Shown: positions 39,389 through 51,443, counted from the first letter of the stretch. The stretch is DNA of 64,000 nt from an uncultured Anaerolineaceae bacterium (GCA_964475245.1 CAYYVV010000002.1:39993-103992), one strand, 5' to 3'. Notes: generated by a model not told the origin, from the sequence alone. Made by a program: numbers and translations.

Positions 39389-40584
<1,196 letters not shown>

Positions 40585-40714
40585 TGGCTCCGATTGTAGC
40601 CACGGAGTGCGGCGCGCCCGCGCGGTGACCTTGTCTGCGCCGCGGTCCGAAAAACGTACACTCATGGTCCCGCACGGCAGGCACTGTGACCTGCGGCGAG
40701 GAGGATGGGAGTTC

Positions 40715-41740
40715 GTGACCTACACCATCACCCTGATCCCCGGCGATGGCATCGGGCCGGAGCTGGCGCGGGCTGCTGTGACCGTGCTCGAGGCGACCGG
40801 ACTGTCTTTCGAGTGGCGCCAGGTCGAAGCCGGCGAGTCGCAGATCGCGATCCAGGGAACGCCGCTGCCTGAGAACGTCCTCGAGTCAATCCGTGAGACG
40901 CGCGTCGCGCTCAAAGGCCCGATCACGACGCCGGTCGGCGTTGGCTTCCGCTCGGTCAACGTCAGCCTGCGCCAGGCGCTCGACCTGTACGCGAACCTGC
41001 GCCCGGCGCGCTCGATGAAGGGTGTGGAGACGCGCTACGAGGGCGTCGACCTGATCATCGTCCGTGAGAACACCGAGGACCTGTACGCGGGTATCGAGCA
41101 CATGGTCGGCCCGGACGCCGCCGAGAGCATCAAGATCATCACCCGCGCCGCGTCGGAGCGGATCGCGCGCTTCGCCTTCGACTACGCCGTCGCCAACGGC
41201 CGCCACAAGGTCACGGCCGTGCACAAGGCGAACATCATGAAGCTGTCCGACGGGCTGTTCCTGGAGTCGTGCCGGACGGTTGCCCAGGACTTCGCCGGCC
41301 GGATCGAGTTCGAAGACCGCATCGTCGACAACATGTGCATGCAGCTCGTCCAGAAGCCGGAGCTGTACGACGTGCTCGTGCTGCCAAACCTGTACGGCGA
41401 CATCGTCAGCGACCTCTGTGCGGGCCTCGTCGGCGGCTTGGGCGTCGCGCCCGGCGCCAACATCGGCATCAAGGCGGCGGTGTTCGAGCCAGTCCACGGC
41501 TCGGCGCCCAAGTACGCGGGCAAGGACATCGCGAACCCGACGGCACTGATCCTGTCAGGTGCGCTCATGCTCCGCCACCTGGGCGAGCCGGTCGCGGCCG
41601 ACCGGGTCGAGACGGCCGTGCGCGAGATCATCGCCGAGGGCCAGACCGTGCCGCGCGACCTTGGCGGAGAGACCGGGACGCAGGCCTTTGCCGCGGCCGT
41701 GGCCGAACGCGTCGCGCAGATCGGGGCGCGCGTGCAGTGA
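40715..41740 (+). CDS. icd: isocitrate dehydrogenase, NAD-type small (isocitrate/isopropylmalate dehydrogenase family, 341 aa)
   Basis: ITLIPGDGIGPE at the N-terminus and LPNLYGDIVSDLCAGLVGGLG. Its position between sucCD and sdhCDAB favours isocitrate as the substrate, but this is inference. The start is GTG 40715 with GAGGAGGA upstream. Confidence 0.8.
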   Translation: MTYTITLIPGDGIGPELARAAVTVLEATGLSFEWRQVEAGESQIAIQGTPLPENVLESIRETRVALKGPITTPVGVGFRSVNVSLRQALDLYANLRPARSMKGVETRYEGVDLIIVRENTEDLYAGIEHMVGPDAAESIKIITRAASERIARFAFDYAVANGRHKVTAVHKANIMKLSDGLFLESCRTVAQDFAGRIEFEDRIVDNMCMQLVQKPELYDVLVLPNLYGDIVSDLCAGLVGGLGVAPGANIGIKAAVFEPVHGSAPKYAGKDIANPTALILSGALMLRHLGEPVAADRVETAVREIIAEGQTVPRDLGGETGTQAFAAAVAERVAQIGARVQ

Positions 41741-42138
41741 TGCGCGTGCCGCTGACCCTGCGTTACCGCCCGCGCGCGGGCATGGTCGCCTGGGCCTTCC
41801 ACCGCATCAGCGGCGTCGGCATCTTCGCCTTCATCCTGCTCCACATCCTCGATATCTACCTCGTCGGCGCAAACCCAAACTTGTACAACGACGTACTCGC
41901 GTTCTATGCGAGCTTTCCCGGCCGGATCCTCGAGGTCGTGCTCGGCGCCGCGTTGCTCTACCACGCGCTGAACGGGCTGCGCATCGTGATCATCGACTTC
42001 TGGCCCGCGATGACCGTCTACCACCTCCAGCTGTGGTACGGGACGTGGATCATCTTCATCGGGGTCGGGGTGCCCGGCGCGCTGATCATCATGCGGCCGG
42101 TATGGCTGCCGCTCCTCCAGCAGCTGGGCCTCGCGTGA
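41740..42138 (+). CDS. sdhC: succinate dehydrogenase cytochrome b subunit
   Basis: 132 aa with three TM helices and HRISGVGIFAFILLHILD (haem ligand region). The ATG overlaps the icd TGA by 1 nt. Confidence 0.8.
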   Translation: MRVPLTLRYRPRAGMVAWAFHRISGVGIFAFILLHILDIYLVGANPNLYNDVLAFYASFPGRILEVVLGAALLYHALNGLRIVIIDFWPAMTVYHLQLWYGTWIIFIGVGVPGALIIMRPVWLPLLQQLGLA

Positions 42139-42620
42139 CCGCCGACTCGCAGCCGGCTCCGACCCAGGGCGCACAGCCCACGCCGCCGACGACAGACATC
42201 CAGGCAGGTCCGGTCACCGTCTCACGCCTCAGCCGGGCACGCGTCCGCCCGCGCGGCTCGCGCAAGGAGCTCGTCGTCTGGTACGTGATGCGCGTCACGG
42301 CCGTAGCACTCTTCGTGCTCGCGCTGGCGCACTTCAGCATCGTCCATTTCATCTGGGATCCGGCAACGCAGAACGCGGCATTCATCGCCGACGATCGCTG
42401 GAACCAGGTCTTCTGGCGCGGCTTTGACTGGCTGCTGCTGACGACCGTCATCGTCCACGCGTTCCTTGGCGTGCGCACGGTCATCCTCGATTACATCCAT
42501 CCGCGGGCGTGGCGAAACGGCACGCTGTGGGTGCTCTATGTCACCGGGATCGTGCTCTTTGTCCTGGGCACACAGGTGATCCTGACTCTTCCCAGCCAGG
42601 CATTGACGACGGGAATGTAG
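42135..42620 (+). CDS. sdhD: succinate dehydrogenase hydrophobic membrane anchor subunit with a ~50-aa low-complexity N-terminus
   Basis: Three TM helices (VTAVALFVLALAHFSIVHF..., LLLTTVIVHAFLGVRTVILDY...). GTGA overlap with sdhC. It directly precedes sdhA. Confidence 0.75.
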   Translation: MTADSQPAPTQGAQPTPPTTDIQAGPVTVSRLSRARVRPRGSRKELVVWYVMRVTAVALFVLALAHFSIVHFIWDPATQNAAFIADDRWNQVFWRGFDWLLLTTVIVHAFLGVRTVILDYIHPRAWRNGTLWVLYVTGIVLFVLGTQVILTLPSQALTTGM

Positions 42621-42626
42621 GACCTG

Positions 42627-44378
<1,752 letters not shown>

Positions 44379-44393
44379 AGAGGACCCACGCTC

Positions 44394-45095
44394 TTGCAGA
44401 TCGACATGCGCGTACTGCGGTTCGACCCCGAGCGTGACGACGCGCCCCACTGGGAACGCTACTCAGTCGAAGCCGACCCCATGGACCGCGTCCTCGACCT
44501 GCTCCACACGGTGAAGTGGGAGACTGATGGTTCGTTGACCTTTCGCCGATCGTGCGCGCACGGTGTCTGCGGGTCCGACGCAATGATGATCAACGGCCGT
44601 AATCGCCTGGCGTGCAAGATCCGCGTCGACCAGCTCGGGCGCCACATCACGGTCGCGCCGCTCCCCGGCTTCCCGGTGATCAAGGATCTGGTCGTCAGCA
44701 TGGACGACTTCTTTGCCAAGTACCGCAGCGTGATGCCCTACCTGATCGCTTCGGACGAGCCGCCGGCCGACGCGGAACGGCTCCAGACGCAGGCCGACCG
44801 AGATCGCTACGACGACACGACCAAATGCATCCTGTGCGCCGCGTGCACGAGCTCGTGCCCGTCGTTCTGGGCCCAGAAGTCGTACGTCGGCCCGGCCGCG
44901 ATCGTCAACGCCCACCGCTTCATCTTCGATTCGCGCGACGACGCTGGCGACGAGCGGCTCGAGATCCTTGCCGACCAGGACGGCGTGTGGCGCTGCCGGA
45001 CGATCTTCAACTGCGTCGACGCCTGCCCGCGCGGGATCAACATCACCAGGGCGATCCTCGAGGTCAGCAGCGCGGCCGTGGAGACAGGCGGCTGA
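44394..45095 (+). CDS. sdhB: succinate dehydrogenase iron-sulfur subunit
   Basis: Cys clusters CAHGVCGSDAMMING, CILCAACTSSCP and CRTIFNCVDACP. The start may be ATG 44406 instead of TTG 44394. Confidence 0.95.
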   Translation: MQIDMRVLRFDPERDDAPHWERYSVEADPMDRVLDLLHTVKWETDGSLTFRRSCAHGVCGSDAMMINGRNRLACKIRVDQLGRHITVAPLPGFPVIKDLVVSMDDFFAKYRSVMPYLIASDEPPADAERLQTQADRDRYDDTTKCILCAACTSSCPSFWAQKSYVGPAAIVNAHRFIFDSRDDAGDERLEILADQDGVWRCRTIFNCVDACPRGINITRAILEVSSAAVETGG

Positions 45096-45124
45096 CTCAG
45101 CCGGGGCCGACGCCGCTGCGGCGC

Positions 45125-45580
45125 GTGGTCATTCGCGCCGACGGGGCGGCACGCGGCAATCCCGGGCCGGCCGCGGCCGGCGCGGTGATCATCGACGCGT
45201 CGCGGCCCGACGCGTACAGTCCCGACGCTCCGTCAGTCGCCGCGATCGCGCGGCCACTCGGCATCCAGACGAACAACTATGCCGAGTACCACGGCGTGAT
45301 CCTGGCGCTCGAGAAGGCTGCTGCGCTTGGCGCGCGCGAGGTTGACCTCGTGCTCGACTCGATGCTCATCGTCGAGCAGCTTTCGGGTCGCTGGAAGGTC
45401 AAGCACCCGGCGATCAAGCCGCTCGCCGCGCGCGCCCATGCCCTGCTCGCCGGATTCGATCACTGGTCGATCCGCCACGAACGACGCGAGAACAACAAGC
45501 AGGCCGATGCGATGGCCAATCTCGCTCTCGACGATCCGCGCTCGGCGGCCGCGGCGGAGCGAGGCGGGGCCTCCGCGTAG
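45125..45580 (+). CDS. rnhA: ribonuclease HI family protein
   Basis: VVIRADGAARGNPGPAAAGAVI, NNYAEYHGVILAL, LDSMLIVEQL and NKQADAMAN carry the DEDD catalytic residues. The track ORF was trimmed to GTG 45125, downstream of the sdhB stop. Confidence 0.85.
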   Translation: MVIRADGAARGNPGPAAAGAVIIDASRPDAYSPDAPSVAAIARPLGIQTNNYAEYHGVILALEKAAALGAREVDLVLDSMLIVEQLSGRWKVKHPAIKPLAARAHALLAGFDHWSIRHERRENNKQADAMANLALDDPRSAAAAERGGASA

Positions 45581-45587
45581 AATCGGA

Positions 45588-45948
45588 GAGCCAGCGAGAT
45601 GGTCGGACGGTCGCGTATCCCGTCGGCGCAAGCCGTAACTGATACGAGGAAAGTCCGAGCTCCGCGACGCAGGGTAGCGGGTAACTCCCGTCCGCCGAGA
45701 GGCGAGGACCAGCGCCACAGAGACGAGCCGGCAGGTCGGGCAACCGACTGGGCCGGGTGAAACGGGCAAGCTCTACCCGGAGCAAGGCCAAATAGGAGAG
45801 CAGCCGGGCGCAAGTCCGGCGGGAGCGGCGTCGCTTCGCTCTCGGGTCGGCCGCTAGAGGCGTCGGGCAACCGCCGCCGTAGATGGATGACCGTCCCCGA
45901 CCTTCATGGTCGGGACAGAACTCGGCTTACAGACCATCTCGCTGGCAC
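45588..45948 (+). ncRNA. rnpB: RNase P RNA, bacterial type A (ends approximate)
   Basis: Universal P4 elements GAGGAAAGTCCG (45646..) and ACAGAACTCGGCTTACAG (45915..). P1 pairing is GCCAGCGAGATGGTC (45590..45604) with GACCATCTCGCTGGC (45932..45946). GGGTGAAACGGG and AAGTCCGG-type internal elements are also present. Confidence 0.93.
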
Positions 45949-45964
45949 TTAACGCCCGGCTCGG

Positions 45965-46216
45965 CTAGTCCGAATCGGCGCGGAAGATGCCCTGGTAGGT
46001 GCACGAGGCGCAGATCGGCCGCGCGCGCTCGACGTCGCCCAATGGAATTGCGCGGCGCCGATCGGGGAACATGCACGCGACCTCGTAGCCGGCAGGCTCG
46101 CTGCCACTCGCGGCCACGGCCGTGACACGCCGGTAGGTGCACCGCCGCAGGGGCGTGCCGCTTACGACGGGCAGTTGTTTTGGAGACGCGCCAAACGGAC
46201 GCGGGACGAGCGCCAT
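45965..46216 (-). CDS. small Cys-containing hypothetical protein (83 aa)
   Basis: High GC3 in this frame. Four Cys residues (C26, C48, C69, C72, including CASC) suggest a possible metal-binding ribbon. I recognise no family. Confidence 0.45.
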   Translation of the reverse strand: MALVPRPFGASPKQLPVVSGTPLRRCTYRRVTAVAASGSEPAGYEVACMFPDRRRAIPLGDVERARPICASCTYQGIFRADSD

Positions 46217-46305
46217 GCCCTGACACTACCGGGCGTCCTGCGCATCAACAATTCATCCAGCAGTACTAGACGCAAAGGGGACGCGGCGATCGTTACCATC
46301 GCGCC

Positions 46306-47037
46306 GTGAGCGAACAGGGTCAGCGCCAGGGCTGGAGTTATCTCGATGTCGCTCTCTTCCTCGTCGGCATCGCCGGCCTCGCGGCGTCGCTGACGATCCT
46401 GTGGCTGGGCATGCGTGCCGTGCTCGGAGTCGGTGGCTTCTGTGCCGAGGGCGGGCCGTACGTCATCACCCAGCACTGCCCGGAGGGAACGGCATGGCTT
46501 ATTCCGCTCGCCGTTTTCGCCGGCCTGGGCAGCGCCGGCCTGACCGGCTGGGAGGGCTCGAAGCTGGGCGCACCGTGGGGCGGCATCGTCGGCCTTGCGT
46601 GGCCGGGGCTGTTCATCAGCCTGGGCTGGAACTTCCTCGAGTTCGCGTTCTTCCCACCGGAGGGAATGGACGGCATCCAGCTCGGCTGGCTCATCCCGGG
46701 CATCCTGTTCGTGATCATGGGCGCCTTCCCGCTCATCGGCTTCCTGCCCGGTGGCAAGAGCTGGCAGAGCAACGGATCTTCGGCCACGTTCGCCTTCGCT
46801 GACCAGGAGGACAAGAACGTCGATCTCGCCGAGCGCCGCACGCGACTGCTGAACGATCTCGTCGACCACGCCGACGTTCAACCGAATGCGACGCATGCGG
46901 CGCAGAAGAACGCGGCCGACGACGACCTCGTCTCGAAGCTCGAACGGCTCGACGCCCTGCACCGCTCGGGCTCGCTGACCTACGACGAGTTCCAGAAAGC
47001 GAAGCAGGAGCTGATCAATGGCGGCGGCCCGGCATGA
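46306..47037 (+). CDS. membrane protein with a C-terminal SHOCT domain
   Basis: Five to six TM segments, then DDDLVSKLERLDALHRSGSLTYDEFQKAKQELI, which is the SHOCT pattern. Confidence 0.75.
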   Translation: MSEQGQRQGWSYLDVALFLVGIAGLAASLTILWLGMRAVLGVGGFCAEGGPYVITQHCPEGTAWLIPLAVFAGLGSAGLTGWEGSKLGAPWGGIVGLAWPGLFISLGWNFLEFAFFPPEGMDGIQLGWLIPGILFVIMGAFPLIGFLPGGKSWQSNGSSATFAFADQEDKNVDLAERRTRLLNDLVDHADVQPNATHAAQKNAADDDLVSKLERLDALHRSGSLTYDEFQKAKQELINGGGPA

Positions 47038-47138
47038 ACGGCGGCGCCGCGTCTCCCGGCAGATGGCTGGCCGTGCTCGTGATCCTCGCGATGGTGATCG
47101 GCGTGGTCCTCGGCTTCGTGCTGTTCAACGCGTTCTGA
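47034..47138 (+). CDS. candidate 34-aa single-TM micro-protein
   Basis: MNGGAASPGRWLAVLVILAMVIGVVLGFVLFNAF. The ATG forms an ATGA overlap with the SHOCT gene stop. It is below the ORF-track size cutoff. Confidence 0.35.
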   Translation: MNGGAASPGRWLAVLVILAMVIGVVLGFVLFNAF

Positions 47139-47259
47139 TCGCGTAGGGCGAACCGAGACGCCCACCTTCTGACGGCCGCCGCGGCCGCCTGCTCCCTGCA
47201 GTCGTCCGCGTGGCGACGGTCACATGCGGCTGCTGCCCACTGACCCTCCAAAAAAGGGC

Positions 47260-47287
47260 TTGACGTGGCGCCTGCGTGGCATATGAT
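47260..47287 (+). promoter_or_regulatory. sigma-70-type promoter of the dcw cluster (Pmra-like)
   Basis: TTGACG (47260..47265), a 16-nt spacer, then TATGAT (47282..47287). It lies about 130 nt upstream of mraZ. Confidence 0.6.
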
Positions 47288-47293
47288 GCCGGG

Positions 47294-47332
47294 AAGTGGT
47301 CCAAAGTGGGGCCAAGTGGGGAGCGAGAGTGG
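47294..47332 (+). promoter_or_regulatory. MraZ-box-like direct repeats
   Basis: AAGTGG occurs at 47294, 47304 and 47314 with exact 10-bp phasing (AAGTGGTCCA AAGTGGGGCC AAGTGGGGAG), plus GAGTGG at 47327. The repeats start immediately downstream of the -10 box. MraZ is known to bind phased GTGG-type repeats at its own promoter. Confidence 0.6.
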
Positions 47333-47414
47333 ACGAGGGCCGCATCGGGGAAGCGAGAGCACTCCCGGGTGGTGAACGCGTCCATGAACGCCAGGCGGAT
47401 CCAGAGGTAGCGGT

Positions 47415-47840
47415 GTGTTCACCGGCGAGTACCGGCACTCGATCGACGCCAAGGGGCGCGTCGCAGTACCAGCGCGCTTCAGAGCCGAGCTCGCCCCCGG
47501 CGCACACGTCTCACGCTGGCTGGACAACTGCCTGGCGATCTTCCCAAACCAGGCATGGCAGCAACTGGCCGATCGGGTCGGTGGGCAGCGCTATGCCGAC
47601 GCTGGAGCCCGCGCGTTTGCTCGATTCGTCTTCTCCGGCGCGTTCGACGTGGAACTCGACGGCCAGGGCCGCGTGGTCCTGCCGCCCAGTCTGCGCGACT
47701 TCGCTGGCCTCAAGGGCGACGCGGTGGTAGTCGGCGCGCTCGATCACATCGAGATCTGGGAGTCGGGCCGCTGGGCCGCCCAGAGCGAGGACATGAGCTC
47801 CGATGTGTTCGCCGAGCGCATCTCGAACCTGGGCATCTAG
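47415..47840 (+). CDS. mraZ: division/cell wall cluster transcriptional regulator MraZ
   Basis: MFTGEYRHSIDAKGRVAVPARFR, with the second SpoVT/AbrB-like half containing DGQGRVVLPPSLR. Confidence 0.96.
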   Translation: MFTGEYRHSIDAKGRVAVPARFRAELAPGAHVSRWLDNCLAIFPNQAWQQLADRVGGQRYADAGARAFARFVFSGAFDVELDGQGRVVLPPSLRDFAGLKGDAVVVGALDHIEIWESGRWAAQSEDMSSDVFAERISNLGI

Positions 47841-47893
47841 CGCACCAAATGAGCCTCCAGGGTTCGTCGGGACCGCAGCCAACGGCATTAGAG

Positions 47894-48841
47894 ATGAAGG
47901 ATGGGCACCTGCCCGTGATGGTGGAAGAGGTGTTGGACTCCCTTTCACCCGCTCCGGGGAGCCTTCAGATAGATGCAACCGTTGGCGGCGGAGGGCACTC
48001 CCGACGCATCCTGGAGGCCACTTCTCCTGATGGCCGCCTGCTCGGCCTTGATGCCGATCGGGCGGCCATCGCCAGAACGCGCGAACGCCTGGCCACTTTC
48101 GGCGGGCGGGTGACGCTGCGACAGGCGAACTTCGAGCAGATCTCCACCGTCGCCGGCGAGGCGGGCTTCGTGCCCGCCGACGGCATCCTCTTCGACCTCG
48201 GCTTGAGCTCGTACCAGCTCGCCGATTCCGAGCGCGCCTTCAGCTTTCGCGCCGAAGGGCCGCTCGACATGCGCTTCGACACCTCGCGCGGCGTTCCGGC
48301 GAGCAGCCTCATTGCCGAACTCGATGAAAGGGAGCTGGGTGACCTTTTCCGTCGTTTCGGTGAGGAACCGCAGGCTCGCCGGATCGCCCGCGCAATCGTC
48401 CAGCAGCGCCAGCGTGAGCCGATCACGACCGGCGCTCAACTCGCCGAAATCGTGGCTCGGGCGGCGCCCGTTCCTCCTCACGGGCGCCGCCGCGTCCACC
48501 CCGCCACGCGCGTCTTCCAAGCACTCCGGATCGCAGTCAACCGGGAGCTGGAGACGCTGCCCGTGGCGCTCGAGGGCGCGGTCGAGACGCTGCGCGAGGG
48601 TGGCCGGCTGGCGGTCATCTCGTACCACTCGCTCGAAGACCGGATAGTCAAGCGCTTCATCCAGGCAGAGCGGCGCGGCTGCGTCTGCCCCCCCGAAGTG
48701 CCGGTATGCATCTGCGGCCGCTCGCCGCGGCTCGCGCCGCTGGGTCCCCAGCCGCGGCGGCCGAGCGCACAGGAGATCGCCACCAACCCACGTGCCCGGA
48801 GCGCCATGCTGCGTTCCGCGCGCCGCCTGGCCGCAGCATGA
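47894..48841 (+). CDS. rsmH: 16S rRNA (cytosine1402-N4)-methyltransferase
   Basis: HLPVMVEEVLDSL, DATVGGGGHSRRILE, GILFDLGLSSYQL and ISYHSLEDRIVKRF. The track ORF was trimmed to ATG 47894. Confidence 0.95.
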   Translation: MKDGHLPVMVEEVLDSLSPAPGSLQIDATVGGGGHSRRILEATSPDGRLLGLDADRAAIARTRERLATFGGRVTLRQANFEQISTVAGEAGFVPADGILFDLGLSSYQLADSERAFSFRAEGPLDMRFDTSRGVPASSLIAELDERELGDLFRRFGEEPQARRIARAIVQQRQREPITTGAQLAEIVARAAPVPPHGRRRVHPATRVFQALRIAVNRELETLPVALEGAVETLREGGRLAVISYHSLEDRIVKRFIQAERRGCVCPPEVPVCICGRSPRLAPLGPQPRRPSAQEIATNPRARSAMLRSARRLAAA

Positions 48842-49038
48842 GCCGGCGCAACCAGTCGCACCGGCGTCGAACCTATGGCCGCCGTCAGCACGAGGTGCGC
48901 GAGCGGCAGGCGGACTCGCGCCCGGCCGAGGGCTGGCTGACTGATCCCGAGCTCGACGCGGACAGCGAGTGGCACTCATCGGACACGACTGAGGAGCGCG
49001 CGGTGTTCGGCGATCGTTATGGCGGGTTCGCGCAGTGA
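48838..49038 (+). CDS. small highly charged hypothetical protein (66 aa) between rsmH and ftsL
   Basis: MSRRNQSHRRRTYGRRQHEVRERQADSRPAEGWLTDPELDADSEWHSSDTTEERAVFGDRYGGFAQ. ATGA overlap with rsmH upstream and GTGA overlap with the ftsL-like gene downstream. GC3 is high and there is no TM segment. Confidence 0.5.
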   Translation: MSRRNQSHRRRTYGRRQHEVRERQADSRPAEGWLTDPELDADSEWHSSDTTEERAVFGDRYGGFAQ

Positions 49039-49538
49039 CCGTCCTTGGCGGAATCAGGCTCCTGCCCGGCATTGGCACCGGCCGGCCTGCGGCCGGCCGA
49101 CGCGCATCCGCGCCACGCCCGCGCTCGAATGCCGTCGCCGTGGCAATGCCCCGTGGCGCAATCTCGCCGCGTGCGGCGGCGCTACCACGTAACCCAGCTC
49201 TACCGCGGACGACCGCGCGGCCGGTGGCTGCCGTGCCGCGGCGCCGGTTGTCACGCGCGGAGCGGACGTTCGTCCGTTCGACCACTGTTCGCGCCCTGAC
49301 CGGGGCGGTCCTCGTCGTCTTCCTGATCGGGCTGATCTACCTCGCCCAGACGGTCAACCTGCAGGCGACGAATTACAACGCCGACCAGCTCGTCGCGCAG
49401 CGCGACGACCTGTATCGCCAGGCACAGACGATCGAGACGACCGTGCTCGGGTACGGCACGGAACCAACCGTCATCGGTCGAGCCCAGCAGCTGGGCCTTG
49501 ACCAGCTGCCGACCAGGACCCGCATCGCAGCCCGCTGA
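49035..49538 (+). CDS. FtsL-like cell division protein (long Arg/Pro/Ala-rich N-terminus, one TM, coiled-coil)
   Basis: Its position matches ftsL in dcw clusters. The single TM is LTGAVLVVFLIGLIYLAQTV, followed by QATNYNADQLVAQRDDLYRQAQTIE. Confidence 0.65.
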   Translation: MTVLGGIRLLPGIGTGRPAAGRRASAPRPRSNAVAVAMPRGAISPRAAALPRNPALPRTTARPVAAVPRRRLSRAERTFVRSTTVRALTGAVLVVFLIGLIYLAQTVNLQATNYNADQLVAQRDDLYRQAQTIETTVLGYGTEPTVIGRAQQLGLDQLPTRTRIAAR

Positions 49539-49541
49539 GCG

Positions 49542-51443
49542 ATGCTCGGCAGAACCGACAGCCGCATGCGGCTATTCGCGCTGCTGGCATCCTTCGCTGT
49601 CGTCGCCGGCCTGCTCGGTGTTCGTCTCGCCTACTGGCAGCTCGGCCAGGGGCCCGACCTGCGCCGCGTCGCCGCGGCGCAGGTCCAGTCGGCGCCCGAT
49701 CTGGCCGAGGTCCGCCGCGGTGACATCACCGACCGCAACGGCACTGTCCTTGCCACGAGTGCCTACCGCGACCTGCTCGCGGCCTATCCGAACCTGATGA
49801 CGGGCAACGGCCAGATAACGGCAGATGTCCAGAGACAGCAGGTCGCGGCGAACCTCGCCCAGATCCTGGGCATGGACAGCCAGCAGCAGGCCAGCCTGCT
49901 CTCGTCATTCACCGACTCGGACGGCAATCCTGTCTCCTACGTCGTCGTCGACCGCGAGCTGACCGAGACGCAGTCGGATGAGGTGCGTGGCTTGAGCGCT
50001 GGCACCCTGGCCGTGCTCGATCTCGAACCGCACGCCGTGCGCGTCTACCCGACCCAGGGAGGGTCGCCTGACACCACCCTCGCCAGCCAGCTGCTGGGCT
50101 TCGTGACGGCCGACGGCCAGGGCCGTTACGGCATCGAGCAGGCCAGCCAGACGACTCTCGAGGGCACGGGCAGCGCGACGGCGGATGCGGGCGGGAGCGC
50201 GCCACTGCCGCAGACAGGCGGTACGGTCCAGCTCACGATCGACTCCAGTCTCCAGCTGCGGCTCGAGAAGGAGCTCTACGCGGCGTGGGTCGCCGACCGA
50301 GCGCCGCGCGTCTCCGGCGTCGTCATGGACGCCAAGACGGGTGCGATCCTGGCCTGGGGCTCCGTCCCCGGCTACGACGAGAACGACTACGCGGACGTCG
50401 CCGAGAGCGACCCGGACCTGTTCAACGATCCGATCGCGAGCGAGGTCTACGAACCTGGCTCGGTGATGAAGATGTTCACCGCCGCGGCCGCGATCGATGA
50501 GGGCGTCGTGTCGTTGACCACGCCTGTGCATGACCAGAAGGCGCTCGTCTTCGGCACCGACATCGTCCAGAACTTCGACAAGAAGAGCATGGGCACGCTG
50601 TCTTTCGAGGACGCGATCGCCAACTCGCGCAACGTCGTCGCCGGCAAGGTTGCCCTCGAGCTCGGCAAGACCCCGGACGATGCCTCGAGCGTCCTATATG
50701 ACATGTGGCAGCGCCTGGGCATCGGCGAGAAGACGGGCGTCGAGGTCGGCAACGAGTCGGCCGGCCTGGTGACCGATCCCGCGACGCAGCCGTGGCAACC
50801 GATCGACCTCGTCAACCATTCGTTCGGCCAGGGCGTGGCCGTCACTGCGCTCCAGCTCGTGCGCTCCTTCGCGGCGATGGCCAACGGCGGACTGCTCGTG
50901 CAGCCGCACGTATACACGGCTGACGATGCCGCCGCTCAGGCGAACATCCAGCAGGTCATTTCGCCAACCTTGTCCGACACGCTCCGCCAGCTGATGATCC
51001 ATGTCGTCGACGCCGGCCCGAGCTATGCCGTTCAGACCAAGATCCCGGGCTACGTCGTCGGCGGAAAGACCGGCACCGCCCAGATCTGGGATGCTCAGTC
51101 CGGAGCCTGGCTGCCCGACACGTACAACCACACGTTCGTCGGCTTCGTGGGCAACCCAGATCCGCAGCTGATCGTCCTCGTGCGCATCCACGACACGATC
51201 CCGCGCGTGAAAGTGAGCTGGGGATACACGCTCGAGCTGACCTCGAACGAGCTGTTCCGCCGCGTTGCGCTCGACGCGATCTCGGCGCTCGACCTGCCGC
51301 CGCTGCCCGGCTACGACAACACCTCGATCGACCCGTCCGAGCCGCCCTACCCGACGACCGATTCGGCGAGTCCAAGCGAACCGCCCGCGAGCCCCGAACC
51401 GCACAGCCAGACGTCTGCCGCCACTGCCTCGGGCAGGCCCTAG
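49542..51443 (+). CDS. ftsI: penicillin-binding protein 2 / peptidoglycan D,D-transpeptidase FtsI
   Basis: N-terminal TM anchor, then SVMK (SxxK), SRN (SxN) and KTGTA (KTG). There is a Pro/Ser-rich C-terminal tail. Confidence 0.93.
   Translation: MLGRTDSRMRLFALLASFAVVAGLLGVRLAYWQLGQGPDLRRVAAAQVQSAPDLAEVRRGDITDRNGTVLATSAYRDLLAAYPNLMTGNGQITADVQRQQVAANLAQILGMDSQQQASLLSSFTDSDGNPVSYVVVDRELTETQSDEVRGLSAGTLAVLDLEPHAVRVYPTQGGSPDTTLASQLLGFVTADGQGRYGIEQASQTTLEGTGSATADAGGSAPLPQTGGTVQLTIDSSLQLRLEKELYAAWVADRAPRVSGVVMDAKTGAILAWGSVPGYDENDYADVAESDPDLFNDPIASEVYEPGSVMKMFTAAAAIDEGVVSLTTPVHDQKALVFGTDIVQNFDKKSMGTLSFEDAIANSRNVVAGKVALELGKTPDDASSVLYDMWQRLGIGEKTGVEVGNESAGLVTDPATQPWQPIDLVNHSFGQGVAVTALQLVRSFAAMANGGLLVQPHVYTADDAAAQANIQQVISPTLSDTLRQLMIHVVDAGPSYAVQTKIPGYVVGGKTGTAQIWDAQSGAWLPDTYNHTFVGFVGNPDPQLIVLVRIHDTIPRVKVSWGYTLELTSNELFRRVALDAISALDLPPLPGYDNTSIDPSEPPYPTTDSASPSEPPASPEPHSQTSAATASGRP

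Noticed and set aside
47945-49285. 446-aa minus-strand ORF, plus similar long antisense ORFs over the dcw genes (50694..51503, 51440..52762, 52759..53583, 54150..55424, 55325..56191, 56556..57779, 58318..59937, 63117..63926).
   Set aside because: All are antisense to dcw genes with strong family motifs, and all have a shadow-frame composition.
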